A DNA stretch of 64,000 bases from an uncultured Butyrivibrio sp. (lineage in GTDB: Bacteria > Bacillota > Clostridia > Lachnospirales > Lachnospiraceae): assembly GCA_964388815.1 (NCBI GenBank), contig CAYMBY010000042.1, positions 7-64,006 on the forward strand. The letters are read 5' to 3'. The notes under the pieces are model-generated. The model made no database searches. It was not told where the DNA came from and was given only the letters and a program-made list of their open reading frames with translations. The position numbers and the translations under genes are program-made. Numbering within the stretch: position 1 is the stretch's first letter; each line of letters opens with the position of its first letter. Below, in pieces: positions 62,812 through 64,000 of the stretch.

Positions 62812-63900
62812 TCATGATTTCTTTTTTCTGTCAGCGTACCAGCCTGTGCCAAAAAGTGCCATCCCGGCAAGCGCCAGTATCGGAACAGGCCACCAGAGCT
62901 GTCCTGTCTGCGGCAATCTCTTCGCACCCAGAACAGCAGGCTTCGCGCCGGTTCCTGCAGTCGAAACAGGAGTACGGTTTGCACCTGCAACCTGCCCGGA
63001 AGGTGTCACAGGGTTATCCGGTGTTCCCGGGTTATCCGGGTTGTCCGGCGGATAATCCGGATAGTTCGGATTATAAGTATTGGTCAGAATAAAGTCATTA
63101 CCGCTTTCGGAAAGCGCCACACTGTATGAGCCGCCGGTACTCTCTGCAATTGTAAATACGTGCCCTTCCTGATAAGTCCAGGAATAGGTCCAGTTATTGG
63201 CAGCGGAAAGCGTCTGTGTCTGATAAAGCGTGCCATCAAGATAAATACTGACCGAAATGGAGGACGGACGCTGACCTTCGTAGCCGCTGTCATTCCATCT
63301 TTTATATACATTGTAGCTGACCTGTTTCGGATTGATTGTTTTCTCGCACTTGGGCACACCCACGACATCATAAACGCTGTCTGTCCAGTTGTCATCAGCA
63401 TCCAGCCCGGGAACTGATGTCAGAAAAGAGCTGAAAGTATAGGTACAGTCTGTCTGCCTGAGTGTATCTGAAACAATCAGGTATAGTCCAAGTTCCAGAC
63501 CGCTGAAGGATACCTTGCCGTCTGCATCAGAAGTGCCTTCCGCATCTGCTGTTACACCATTACTGTATATATAGGCAGAAAGCGGTTTGATCAGTGCATC
63601 CCACTGCTGCTGATCCGTAATATGATTAATGTCCGTTACCGGAAATCTGCTGTTGTCATCATATGGGGACAGAAGCGTAAACTCACCTGATGCATTGATC
63701 TTCGCAATGCGATACAGGTGTACCTTTACACCGGGAAGTATCGTCGTATCATACTGATAAGTCAGGCCGACAGTACCCTTTTTATCCAGGTCAACCGTCC
63801 CGCGCGCCTGAACGCCGATCGGAACAGAAGCTGCTGTCAGCATCAGTATACTTAATGTAATCAATATTCTTTTGATCAGCTGGTATGCTTTCTTTTTCAA
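62812..63900 (-). CDS. Cna-B-type domain surface/pilin protein with LPQTG sorting signal
   Basis: Signal peptide, GLYLI, VYKRWND...NNWTYSW, Pro/Asn/Asp linker, LPQTG + TM + basic tail. Confidence 0.88.
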   Translation of the reverse strand: MKKKAYQLIKRILITLSILMLTAASVPIGVQARGTVDLDKKGTVGLTYQYDTTILPGVKVHLYRIAKINASGEFTLLSPYDDNSRFPVTDINHITDQQQWDALIKPLSAYIYSNGVTADAEGTSDADGKVSFSGLELGLYLIVSDTLRQTDCTYTFSSFLTSVPGLDADDNWTDSVYDVVGVPKCEKTINPKQVSYNVYKRWNDSGYEGQRPSSISVSIYLDGTLYQTQTLSAANNWTYSWTYQEGHVFTIAESTGGSYSVALSESGNDFILTNTYNPNYPDYPPDNPDNPGTPDNPVTPSGQVAGANRTPVSTAGTGAKPAVLGAKRLPQTGQLWWPVPILALAGMALFGTGWYADRKKKS

Positions 63901-63927
63901 ATTTTTATAGCCCCTCGCAGCTTAAAA

Positions 63928-63999
63928 TCATTCTTTTTTACCGGCATGATGTTCTGATGTTGCCATCATCACGTATATAAACAGAATGACAAGTATCGG
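63928..63999 (-). CDS. 3' end of a CDS truncated by the window edge (TM + charged tail; possibly a class C sortase)
   Basis: Reads PILVILFIYVMMATSEHHAGKKE*; identity inferred only from context. Confidence 0.4.
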   Translation of the reverse strand, partial: PILVILFIYVMMATSEHHAGKKE

Positions 64000-64000
64000 T

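Overview
A gene-dense chromosomal segment of a low-GC Gram-positive anaerobe. Gene content and style suggest Clostridia, probably Lachnospiraceae (inference). About 50 of 56 genes lie on the minus strand. Core genes: gltX, dut, ftsH, rnhA, tyrS (Tyr T-box), eno, der-plsY-gpsA, prs, and the rplS-lepB-rbgA-lepB-rnhB-yraN-pgeF block. Also present: a CsoR-CopA copper operon with its operator and an uncalled 48-aa CXXC gene, a THF-riboswitch folT, two chemoreceptors, a GGDEF protein, a Gld-like ABC system, a two-component system and the end of a sortase/pilus locus. No rRNA, tRNA, CRISPR array or transposase was seen. The two most notable items: (1) a YjjI/YjjW glycyl-radical enzyme and activase pair inside a uridine phosphorylase/nucleoside ABC import operon, suggesting an anaerobic radical reaction on nucleosides; (2) a dispersed double-hairpin element in five intergenic regions, always in the same orientation relative to the adjacent gene. 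All calls come from motif recognition by eye; no database searches were run. Several start codons were moved from the ORF track to match RBS position.
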